Below are positions 1 to 9,160 of a stretch of 64,000 bases of DNA, in pieces. The DNA comes from a virus. Numbering within the stretch: the stretch's first letter is position 1; the number at the start of each line of letters is the position of its first letter. Below the pieces are notes generated by a model. That model searched no databases and was not told the origin of the DNA. It was given only the letters and a program-made list of their open reading frames with translations. The stretch spans positions 1-64,000 of IMG/VR virus record IMGVR_UViG_3300035670_011119; one strand, 5' to 3'. A program made the translations under genes and the position numbers.

Positions 1-2
1 AA

Positions 3-3000
3 AAACAACAAAGATCTCTTATTGATAAAAATAATGCGGCTATTAAAGCTGCAAAAGAATCTAGACTACAATCCGCAAACCAGAGTGGTCGTGGTAGCAT
101 TGGTATAGCAACCAATCCATTCAATACAAGTCAACGTCAAGATTATAGTATTTTGTATCATGAATTAACTCATCAACTTTTTAATAGTCTTAGAACTAAA
201 AACGCTCAATCGTTTGAAGCATACAAGGCAAAAGTTGCTAGTTTATTTGATGGAAATAATGATGATGTGGCCGATGCTTTTGATGCTTTGGTAGGAAATA
301 CTGGATATAATAGTGCTGATGTTGCTTATGGAAGAAGTTATAAACTTAGTGGACTAAGTAGTTTAATGATAGGCTCCGCTAAAAAAGAGTCGTTCGAAAA
401 ATATGTTAATAGTGATCCAGAATATGTTCCAGAATTAAGAAAAGCTTGGGCCGAAGCCACTTCCACCACAAATGCTAAAGCTTTCAAGCCACTGAATCCT
501 AGGGTTAATGATATTTTATTAAGAGGTAAAATAAGTCAAGATGTTATAGATAAATATGAAGATAATGGTAAAGAAGAGTTTTTAACAACACTAGTACAAA
601 AATTACCATTATTAGATGAAAATCTAAGCGGAGTTTTGGATAGTACTCTAAATGAGTTGTTGGGAGGTGCTGGAATAAGTAGACAAAAATTTGCTCTCGG
701 TGGATTAGCAGATTCTACAGAAGCTATGTCAGGATTAATGCAAGGATTATACGGAAATAGAAGCCAACAAACAGATAAAAAAGAAAAAGACTTTGGAAAA
801 ATAAGCGTTACAGAAGATGGAAACATGCTTAGTGTTGGATATCTTAAAAATGAGAGTAGATCAGGATATGTACAAGCAATGAAATATAAAGATAATCTAT
901 GGTATGTTGGATTATCAAAAGCTACTAAAGGATATGGACCAAGATTGTATGATGTGGCTATGGAGGCTGTTAGTGAAAAAGGAGGTATGCTAACTTCTGA
1001 CAGAAGCATGGTTAGCTCTGATGCTCAAAAGGTTTGGGCTTATTATTTTAAGAATAGAGGAGATGTTAAAAAAACACCATTAGAACCAGAAAATTGGACT
1101 AAAAACCAATCATTGATAGATCCGAAACTTTATGGAAGAAAAGAAACATGGCCACCACCAACAGATCCTGCTTGGATACTACAGAGTGGTTATAGTAAGA
1201 GTCCCACTTTACTTAATGATCCAGAACAAGTAAAAAGAAATAATAATAGAGCACAAAAACCCGTTGATTCTAGAAGTATGGCTCTATCATATTTTCAAAG
1301 AGCCGATGGCGGACCAATAAGCAGTTTTGCTGTGGGTGGCTTAGTACCTAAAATTCCAGAGATGGCATATTTTGACGAATTATTAGCTTATAAAAATTTA
1401 GAATTACCTTTTCCAACCCCTTTTGATAGTGTGACAAATAGATACAAGGATTTAATCAAAATCCAACATCCAGATAAAGGAGGAAATTCAGAAATATTTA
1501 AAAAGATACAACAAAGCTATATGACTTTGCTGAAGATAGAACAAATGAAGGAAGTTACTAAACTTTTAGCTAAAATTATGGATGATGGTATGGGATTAAG
1601 AACGTCTATGATCCGAGGCAAAAAAGGAACCGAACTTCAAAAATCTCACGAAGAGTGGATGGAACAATATAAAATAATGAGTCGGCCATACGAAGATTTA
1701 GCATCGAAATATTTTGGTAGTGTTGAAGGTTCTATTAAATTTGCAGAAATTCTTACTGAAAGACAAGTAGCATCCTTGACTGATAAAGACATAGCGGCAT
1801 TGAAACACCCAATATATCAGGACTATATGAAAAAGAACAATCCTGATCGTTTGGAAAACATAAATAATCAAATAAAAGAAATGGAAAAATCTAAAAGATT
1901 TCCTAAAGAGTTACCATTAAAAGCTGGTGGATATATTCGATCTTTTGCTGGAGGAGGAACTATACCAGCATTAGTAAGCAATGGTGAAGCTTATGTTCCT
2001 CCCAAACTTGCTAAACGTATTGGTTATGGAACATTAAATCGTATGAATCAAGCCGATAAAAATGGAATGGGGCGATTTAGTGATGGCGGAATTAGCGTAT
2101 TTAAGGGTCCGGGAAGTGGCACTAGTGATAGTATACCAACAAGTTTACCAGTAGGAAGTTTTATAATAAGAGAAAAGGCTACTAAAGCTTTGGGATTAAA
2201 TAAGGGTGGGAGCGTAGGCATTCAAAAATTTCAAGACGGAGGCGCCCCAACAAATAACGGAGATCTATATTTTACCACCTTGTCAGCTGCTCAAATACAA
2301 GATATAGTTGGTAAAGAATCATCTAGAACAGGAATAGATGCTGAATCTTTGGACTTATTAACAAGATATGCTCAAGATGCAGGCATGAGCATAGAAGATT
2401 TTTCTAGCGGACTAATAAGAGCTAGAGATACTGCAATTGAATCTGCTTTGGCACAAGGACAAAGTTTTAAAGAAGCAGCATTAGCTGGACAACAAGCTGC
2501 TATTGCGATGGCTAATATTCCAAACATGCAAGTTACAGGAGAGAATCCGTTAGATGTACTAAGATCATTAACGGCATCGTCCACTAGAGTACAAGCAAAT
2601 GTTGAACAGCGTAGAGAAATATTAAGTGATCCTGAAATTATTGCTGCTATTAATGAAACTAATGATCTAATGAGCAAACTAACTCCTGCTGAACAATTTT
2701 CTGTTCAAACAGGAACTGGGCCAATGACCCCAGAAATGGAAGCGGCAGCAGCATCTAGAAGAAGACAAAAAAATATTGTTGGATATAAAATAGAAGAAAG
2801 ACAAACTCAAGCCAATCAACCAGGATTTGTACCACCAACTATACAACAACCAACTAATTTAATGGATATTGATGGTATTAATAATCAATTGAAGGAAGCT
2901 CAAAATAATGCTACATTATATGCGTCATCTCTTAGAGATCAAGCTAATGCTATTCGCGCACAACAAGAAATTACCCCAGACCCAATAATCTTTGCTGCAT

Positions 3001-6000
3001 TAGAAGCTAAAGCACAAGCTCTAGAAGCAAAAGCAACAGCAGCAGACGACGCTTATAAGGATTTGGCAGATAGTACACAAGCTATTGTATTGTCGTTGAA
3101 TACAGACTATCAGATAGCTATAGATGATATGAGAACGAAAGCTAAAGATGTTGCAGACGCAACGACAAAAGTTAAGGAAGCTATGGTAACAAGAGCTAAA
3201 GAAATAGCTGCCGAAAATCCAGAATTAACAGCTGAAGAAATTGGACAAAAAATTAGCACAGAAAAAACAGGCATAGTAGCAGAAGCTAGGGCTCAACAAA
3301 CAGAAGCCGAAACAAAATTTGGTATGGCCCAAAGTAGAGTCGATACACTAGCGGGCAAAGCTGGTGCTGGAGCAGATATTTTATCTCAAGAAAAAGCTGC
3401 TGCCGACAAGGCTAGAGCAGAAGCACAAGCTAAAGCTGAAGCAGATGCTCAATTAGAAGCTCGTAAACAACAAGCGCGTGATCTTGGAGCGAAACGTGCG
3501 GCTATTGCTGTACCAGAAAAAAGAGAGTACGAAACAGAACAAGAATTTAACGATAGACGACAAAAGGCAACAGAAAGATTTACCAGACAATCAGCACAAG
3601 AATTGGGTCTTAGTAAAACTAGATTTGTTAGCTCAAGACAAAAAAAAGCTATAGAAGAAGAAGAAGCTAAAAAAACTAAAGTTGAGAGAGAAAAAACAGA
3701 TGTTGCTATTCAAAGCACAGATACTAAAGCTACGTTATTACTAGTACAAGCTATTAATGCAAATACTGTAGCACAAACTGGTTCGGCAGATTCTGTGAAA
3801 TCATTAACCGAACAAACAAATGGTCTCATTGCTACAAATGAACAACTAACTAATGCAAAAAATGCTGATATTGAACAGGCTAATGCTTCTCCTGACGATA
3901 GCGATCTATTTAAAGACACCCGCAGAGAAATTCCATTCTTAGACAAGCTTGAAACATTAGGATCAGCAGTTGGTGATTTTGCTAATAATTTTGCAGCATC
4001 TACTACTGATATTGATAGTAATATTACTAAATTTGGTAGTGTTCTTCAGGGCGGTGCTTCTAGATTAGAATCTGGTATCAAAAAACTAGCTGATGGTATC
4101 AGAAATGCTAATACGGCATTTGCAGATACTAAAATAGGAAAGTTTGCGGATTCATTTAGTCAATATGGCACAGCAATAGGTACTGGTGTAACAAGCGTAC
4201 TACAATATATGGCCGACCAATCTAATGGTTATGAAACACTAACAGGATCAATACTACAAGCAGGATCAACAATAGCTAGTACAGCAACCATATTCGGTAC
4301 TTTTGGTGCTCAATTCGGCCCACTTGGTGGATTATTAGGGGCCGTCGGTGGAGCAGCGGCGGGAGCGGTACAAAGTATAAGAGATTATGTAGAAGCTCAG
4401 TATAAAGCTGCGGCAGAATTATTAGAAATACAACGAACAGATGCTTTAGAAAAAGCATCATCAGATGTTGCTGTATTTTTAGATAATATCAATCCGTCTG
4501 CGAAAGATCTTGAAAGCGCTCTTAGTAATTTGGCTCAGGTAGTAAATATTGAAAAAGAACAAATGTCTACCAACACAGAAGCTAGTAGATATAAATCAAC
4601 TTATGGTGGATTATTTGTTGGTAAAAAAACAGAAGCTGAAATAAGAAAAGCAGATGCTGCTGCCGCTGCGGCTAATACCGGAGGAGCACAAGTATCCAAA
4701 CAATTAATATCTGGTATGGCAAATACCGGAATGAAAATGGAAGATATAGAAAAAAGTTTAGGAGCTGATGTTTTTGGTAATCTTAAATTACAAATAGCAG
4801 AAGCTGATGCTATATTTGTTAGAGAAGCAAGAGATGCCGCCGATCAACTTAAAGCTGGTAAGATTAGCGGTGAACAATACGTTACTGCTGTAGATAATGC
4901 TAAAAATGCAGCATTTGAACGAGCCACATCCGAATTACGAGTTAAAGAAGCTAATGAAGAATATAGACAAAGTGTTACGGATGTTAGAAAAAGATTAGAA
5001 AGTCAAGGAACAGGATTTCTTAAAGAATTAATAACATCTACTCCTAAACAAAGAACAGAAATGAGAAAGGACTTTGAATCTGCTGGAGGATTATTGGAAG
5101 GCGATTTTACAAAAAGTCGTGCTCAACAAGAAGAAGCCGCACAAAAAGCTTTTAGAGAAACTAGCGGTACGGTAAAAGAAAAGAGAGAAGCAGCCGACGC
5201 TGCAAGAGCTCAGGTTAGACAAAGAGTTCTTGAAAGAGGAGAACAAATTTTAAGTTTTGGAGATCAAAGCGATCCTAAGATTAGAGAGGCCAGGGCTCAA
5301 CTATATCAAAAAAGTCTTGAAGATCAAGGAATAGATCCTAATGATGGTATGGCAAAATTGGTACTTGATAGTTTAAGAGCGCCAGATCCTGAAAGAGCAG
5401 CTCAAGAAAATCTTAAAAAGGCCACAGAAGAAGCAGCAAAACAACTAGCTATTCAAACAGCGGCAACAAATGCGAATACTGACGCACTGAAAGGAGGAAA
5501 AATTACAACAGAGTATGCAACAACAGGTGGTGTTGCTGATGCCCAGACCGCTACGAATGCTGTATCTAATGAAGGAATGAGTAATTTGGGATGGAATGCA
5601 GCAAAGGTGGTTGGCGCAGGCGCTGTTACGTATGGTTTTGATAGAGCTACTGGGGGAGGAATAAGACGCAGCGTAAAGAAAGGTATTCAAAATTTTCGTA
5701 AAGATCCAAATACACCCGACACGGAATCAGTAGCGGCCGAACAACCAAAGCCTCAAAAAAGAAGTGGTAGTGAAGCTACCGATACTCCTAAACCAGCTGT
5801 CGCTACCGACCAAACACCCCGAACACCACCTCGTCGTCAACCAAATGCGCCTAAAGATAATGTTCGACAACCGCCGCGACGAGGCCAACCATCTGCTGAA
5901 GCGCCCCAACCCCAAGCAGCAGTACCAGGACGCAAAGCTAAAGTAAGCGCTAGTGCTAAAAAAGGAGTTGGCGGTTTGGTCGCGGCTGGTGTTGGTCTTT

Positions 6001-9000
6001 TTGCTATAGGTAGTAGTTATTTTGGCGGAGGCGCTCAACCAGAATCAGACTCTGGAACACAGCAACCAACAGAAGAAGACCAACCAATTATTGAAAGTTC
6101 TCCAGAAATTATTCAATTGTTATCTGCTATAGAAGCTAATACTAGAGAATGCTGCGCTGGAGGTGGGACTGGCGGAACCGCTAGTGGAGAAAGAGTAACA
6201 ACTAATACTGGTAGTATGGAAAATATTCCTACAACTAAAGAACCGGCAGTTGCTGTTGAGAAAAAAACCGATGCAATAGCTAAAGAAATAACAACTGCTG
6301 CTAGTGAACCAATAACAATGATGGAATCATTAAGTGATGAATTTGCAGCTTTTAGTAGTAGGGGCTATCAAAACGCTGAAGTAACAAATGCAAGTCTTAA
6401 TACGCTGGGATCTTTTGCTACCGATATAATGGGTACAACAGATGTTGCAAGAACTATGAGGAGTGGTGGAATAGTAGATACTACTGGTCAAAATAAATTT
6501 CTATCTAAACCAATGGGAGTGACGGGATACACCACAAGAGGAATGGGTGCTTATGGAGCAGTACAATCCGCTAGAGCTTTTGCAGAAACTGGGGCTATTG
6601 ATGATGCTTTGGGTATCGTTGCTGGGGCTGGTAATACTGCTGGTGGTAGATATGCTGGATTAGTTGGAGATACGGCTAGTGCTGCAAGAAACGCATATAG
6701 AACATTGAGTGGAAAATCTATACAAGAAGGAACATTGGCTCAAGATACGCTTGGCTTAGTTGCAGATGTAGGACAGATTGGCCTACAAGCTTCTCCAGAA
6801 ATTGCTAAATATGGACCACAAGCATTACAAACAGCTAAAAACTTTGTACCAAAATCAACACCAGCTCCGTCAACACCCGTGGCGGCCATAGACGATGCTG
6901 CAAAAGCAAAAGAAATATTCCGTTTACAAAATGCTGGTTTTACATCCGATGAGATTGCTAAGGTAGTCGGTGGCGGTATAGATGATACGGCCGCAGCAGC
7001 AGGGAAATTTGGTGGTTTATTAAGGATACCTGGTCTAGGAACAGCCGCTAGACTTGGCGGCGGAGTTCTTGGCGGTTTGGGTGTTGCTATGGGAGGAGTA
7101 AGCGGATACTCGGCGGATACCGAAGCAACAGGTAGAAATAAATACGTAAATACAGCTTTGGGTGCTTTATCTGGTACGGGAACGACAATGGGCGATGTTG
7201 GACAACAATCTACTATCGGAGGATTATTGGGGGTTGAAAAGGGCAGTGAGACTGATCAGATGATCGGTAATGCGTCTAGCCTTGCTGCGGGTACACTAGG
7301 AGTTGCTGGCGCTATTGGTGGTGCCGCAGCACTAGGTGTGGGTGCCGCAGCAGCAGCTCCTGCTCTTGCTATTGGCGCTACTGTAGCAGGAGGCGCGCTT
7401 TTAACGCAAGAATCTATAGGATTATATAACGATAGAAGTGTTCTAGCAGAAAAAGAAAAACAAACAGCAGCTATGGAAGAAGCTTCACGAAGAACTAAAT
7501 TAGTTAAAAATGACCAAGGAGAATATGTAAGACAAGCTAAGACAGCACAAGACTTTGATTTTGGATATAATTTTACTGCTGATGAAAGTAATGCAGTAAG
7601 AGCATATGCTAAAAATCAAGCAGAATCCAATAGAGCAAAAGAATTAGCTTCCAAAACAAGTCTAACTCAAGATGAAACATCTGAATTAGCAAATATTAAA
7701 AAATCTTTTGGTATGGAAGAAGGTGCATCTAATCAGGATATTTTAGCAGAAGCTCAAAGAAGATCGGACACAGCAGCTAGTGACCTAGCAGCTAAAGCTA
7801 GAACAAGAGCCACAACAACAAAAGTTGGATGGTTTGGGGATAGATATGATCAACTTGATGAGAAAAAACAAACAGAAAATATGCAAAAATATTTATCTGC
7901 TGCTAAACAGTATCAACCTGAAACATTTGTGCAACCAGAAGAAATGCCGGCTCCTCAAACCGCTGTTGCTACCAAAGAACCGACATGGTTTCAAGAAGAA
8001 CAAAAACAAATGCTAACCATTTCTGCACAAGCACCCCAAGGAACAGCTGCTGTTCAAGCTACAAGCGCAGCATTACAGCAACAACAAGCTGTTCCGGTTC
8101 CCGAAACCATAACAGGTCAGGGAGGAAAAGTAATTCCGGTTGTTGGAGATGCTGTTTCCAATGCCGCTATAACAAGAGGTAGTTCTTTTATGGCACAAGT
8201 TGAGGCTATGGACGCTGCTGCGGCAAAAAAAGAAACAGTTATAACCCCAACGATTCAAACAGAACAACAACCATCGGTATCTGTTCCAGCTCCCGAAGGC
8301 ACAGCTGCTGTTCAAGCTACAGCAGCAAGTCTAGAACAAACTACACAAGAAAAATTAAATAATGTTCCAACTTATGGTCTTAGTGAAAAAGAACAAAACC
8401 TAGTAAAAAGTCAAGATGTTTTGAAAAAAGCAAAAGAAAAAGCTTTGTCTTTGGGAACTTCAGAAGGTAATATGGAAGCAACTAGATTAGATGCAGAAAT
8501 CCAATCTAAGAGCAAAGAACTATTAGCATCACGACAAGCCGGTGCTGTTGGAACTGGCGGAGATGTTATGAAAGATGTTAATCTTTATAGACAAGCAAGA
8601 GAACAAGCCATGGCTAGCGGATTACCCACCGCAACACCACAAGGAGCAACACAACCATCTGTAGTATCAGCAAGCGCAATTGATGCTGCTATGGCAACCC
8701 AATTACAGCCCGCACCAGCAGAAACAGATAATTGGTTCAAAAATGCTCAAGCTGATTTGACTCGTATTCAAGCATCTCCTGATGCTAATATTACAGGAAA
8801 TGCTCAACCCGCTAATGGTGTAATTAATACTAGCACAACTCAGCAGCAACCAACAGCCGCAGGAATGTCTCAATTATTTGACACAGCAGCTATTGGAAAT
8901 ACTTTGCAAACTGTATTTGGTCAATTTGTTTCGGATTTACAAAATATTCAACTACCAAAAATACCGGATATGGTTACTATGGAAGGCAAACATACTGTTG

Positions 9001-9128
9001 AGGTTATTATTAATGGGGCGGATGTATTAAAATCATTAGAACCAATGCTACAAGATCTAATAAAAACGAAATTAACCGAATTTAATAATAAACTTAATAG
9101 TGCCACAGAGGGTGGATTTGGAGCATAG
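3..9128 (+). CDS. Giant tape-measure-like polyvalent virion protein, 5'-truncated by the window edge (>3040 aa), with HExxH peptidase, GNAT-like and J-domain inserts
   Basis: The frame has no stop from nt 3 (KQQRSLIDK...ILYHELTHQLF), so the TTG at 153 is not the true start. It contains tape-measure signature motifs (FAGGG-IPALVSNGEAYV; FSDGG..FKGPGSGTSDSIP), long Ala/Gln/Glu-rich coiled-coil stretches and Gly-rich hydrophobic segments, and it lies upstream of tail genes. Confidence 0.8.
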   Translation, partial: KQQRSLIDKNNAAIKAAKESRLQSANQSGRGSIGIATNPFNTSQRQDYSILYHELTHQLFNSLRTKNAQSFEAYKAKVASLFDGNNDDVADAFDALVGNTGYNSADVAYGRSYKLSGLSSLMIGSAKKESFEKYVNSDPEYVPELRKAWAEATSTTNAKAFKPLNPRVNDILLRGKISQDVIDKYEDNGKEEFLTTLVQKLPLLDENLSGVLDSTLNELLGGAGISRQKFALGGLADSTEAMSGLMQGLYGNRSQQTDKKEKDFGKISVTEDGNMLSVGYLKNESRSGYVQAMKYKDNLWYVGLSKATKGYGPRLYDVAMEAVSEKGGMLTSDRSMVSSDAQKVWAYYFKNRGDVKKTPLEPENWTKNQSLIDPKLYGRKETWPPPTDPAWILQSGYSKSPTLLNDPEQVKRNNNRAQKPVDSRSMALSYFQRADGGPISSFAVGGLVPKIPEMAYFDELLAYKNLELPFPTPFDSVTNRYKDLIKIQHPDKGGNSEIFKKIQQSYMTLLKIEQMKEVTKLLAKIMDDGMGLRTSMIRGKKGTELQKSHEEWMEQYKIMSRPYEDLASKYFGSVEGSIKFAEILTERQVASLTDKDIAALKHPIYQDYMKKNNPDRLENINNQIKEMEKSKRFPKELPLKAGGYIRSFAGGGTIPALVSNGEAYVPPKLAKRIGYGTLNRMNQADKNGMGRFSDGGISVFKGPGSGTSDSIPTSLPVGSFIIREKATKALGLNKGGSVGIQKFQDGGAPTNNGDLYFTTLSAAQIQDIVGKESSRTGIDAESLDLLTRYAQDAGMSIEDFSSGLIRARDTAIESALAQGQSFKEAALAGQQAAIAMANIPNMQVTGENPLDVLRSLTASSTRVQANVEQRREILSDPEIIAAINETNDLMSKLTPAEQFSVQTGTGPMTPEMEAAAASRRRQKNIVGYKIEERQTQANQPGFVPPTIQQPTNLMDIDGINNQLKEAQNNATLYASSLRDQANAIRAQQEITPDPIIFAALEAKAQALEAKATAADDAYKDLADSTQAIVLSLNTDYQIAIDDMRTKAKDVADATTKVKEAMVTRAKEIAAENPELTAEEIGQKISTEKTGIVAEARAQQTEAETKFGMAQSRVDTLAGKAGAGADILSQEKAAADKARAEAQAKAEADAQLEARKQQARDLGAKRAAIAVPEKREYETEQEFNDRRQKATERFTRQSAQELGLSKTRFVSSRQKKAIEEEEAKKTKVEREKTDVAIQSTDTKATLLLVQAINANTVAQTGSADSVKSLTEQTNGLIATNEQLTNAKNADIEQANASPDDSDLFKDTRREIPFLDKLETLGSAVGDFANNFAASTTDIDSNITKFGSVLQGGASRLESGIKKLADGIRNANTAFADTKIGKFADSFSQYGTAIGTGVTSVLQYMADQSNGYETLTGSILQAGSTIASTATIFGTFGAQFGPLGGLLGAVGGAAAGAVQSIRDYVEAQYKAAAELLEIQRTDALEKASSDVAVFLDNINPSAKDLESALSNLAQVVNIEKEQMSTNTEASRYKSTYGGLFVGKKTEAEIRKADAAAAAANTGGAQVSKQLISGMANTGMKMEDIEKSLGADVFGNLKLQIAEADAIFVREARDAADQLKAGKISGEQYVTAVDNAKNAAFERATSELRVKEANEEYRQSVTDVRKRLESQGTGFLKELITSTPKQRTEMRKDFESAGGLLEGDFTKSRAQQEEAAQKAFRETSGTVKEKREAADAARAQVRQRVLERGEQILSFGDQSDPKIREARAQLYQKSLEDQGIDPNDGMAKLVLDSLRAPDPERAAQENLKKATEEAAKQLAIQTAATNANTDALKGGKITTEYATTGGVADAQTATNAVSNEGMSNLGWNAAKVVGAGAVTYGFDRATGGGIRRSVKKGIQNFRKDPNTPDTESVAAEQPKPQKRSGSEATDTPKPAVATDQTPRTPPRRQPNAPKDNVRQPPRRGQPSAEAPQPQAAVPGRKAKVSASAKKGVGGLVAAGVGLFAIGSSYFGGGAQPESDSGTQQPTEEDQPIIESSPEIIQLLSAIEANTRECCAGGGTGGTASGERVTTNTGSMENIPTTKEPAVAVEKKTDAIAKEITTAASEPITMMESLSDEFAAFSSRGYQNAEVTNASLNTLGSFATDIMGTTDVARTMRSGGIVDTTGQNKFLSKPMGVTGYTTRGMGAYGAVQSARAFAETGAIDDALGIVAGAGNTAGGRYAGLVGDTASAARNAYRTLSGKSIQEGTLAQDTLGLVADVGQIGLQASPEIAKYGPQALQTAKNFVPKSTPAPSTPVAAIDDAAKAKEIFRLQNAGFTSDEIAKVVGGGIDDTAAAAGKFGGLLRIPGLGTAARLGGGVLGGLGVAMGGVSGYSADTEATGRNKYVNTALGALSGTGTTMGDVGQQSTIGGLLGVEKGSETDQMIGNASSLAAGTLGVAGAIGGAAALGVGAAAAAPALAIGATVAGGALLTQESIGLYNDRSVLAEKEKQTAAMEEASRRTKLVKNDQGEYVRQAKTAQDFDFGYNFTADESNAVRAYAKNQAESNRAKELASKTSLTQDETSELANIKKSFGMEEGASNQDILAEAQRRSDTAASDLAAKARTRATTTKVGWFGDRYDQLDEKKQTENMQKYLSAAKQYQPETFVQPEEMPAPQTAVATKEPTWFQEEQKQMLTISAQAPQGTAAVQATSAALQQQQAVPVPETITGQGGKVIPVVGDAVSNAAITRGSSFMAQVEAMDAAAAKKETVITPTIQTEQQPSVSVPAPEGTAAVQATAASLEQTTQEKLNNVPTYGLSEKEQNLVKSQDVLKKAKEKALSLGTSEGNMEATRLDAEIQSKSKELLASRQAGAVGTGGDVMKDVNLYRQAREQAMASGLPTATPQGATQPSVVSASAIDAAMATQLQPAPAETDNWFKNAQADLTRIQASPDANITGNAQPANGVINTSTTQQQPTAAGMSQLFDTAAIGNTLQTVFGQFVSDLQNIQLPKIPDMVTMEGKHTVEVIINGADVLKSLEPMLQDLIKTKLTEFNNKLNSATEGGFGA
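690..2243 (+). repeat. Eight copies of a short peptide motif (F/R/L)-x-x-GG in the tape-measure-like protein
   Basis: FALGG 690-704, RADGG 1299-1313, FAVGG 1326-1340, LKAGG 1917-1931, FAGGG 1944-1958, FSDGG 2076-2090, LNKGG 2196-2210, FQDGG 2229-2243. Six of them form three tandem pairs (xxxGG-x4-6-FxxGG). Confidence 0.8.
8043..8321 (+). repeat. 21-bp exact direct repeat (acagctgctgttcaagctaca; TAAVQAT) within the tape-measure C-terminal region
   Basis: Copies at 8043-8063 and 8301-8321, in the peptides APQGTAAVQATSAA and APEGTAAVQATAAS. Confidence 0.85.
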
Positions 9129-9160
9129 ATATTTATTAATTAAAATAAGGAATAATTTAT

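Noticed and set aside
153-155. TTG start for the 2991-aa ORF
   Set aside because: The frame is open back to nt 3 and there is no RBS; the gene begins upstream of the window.
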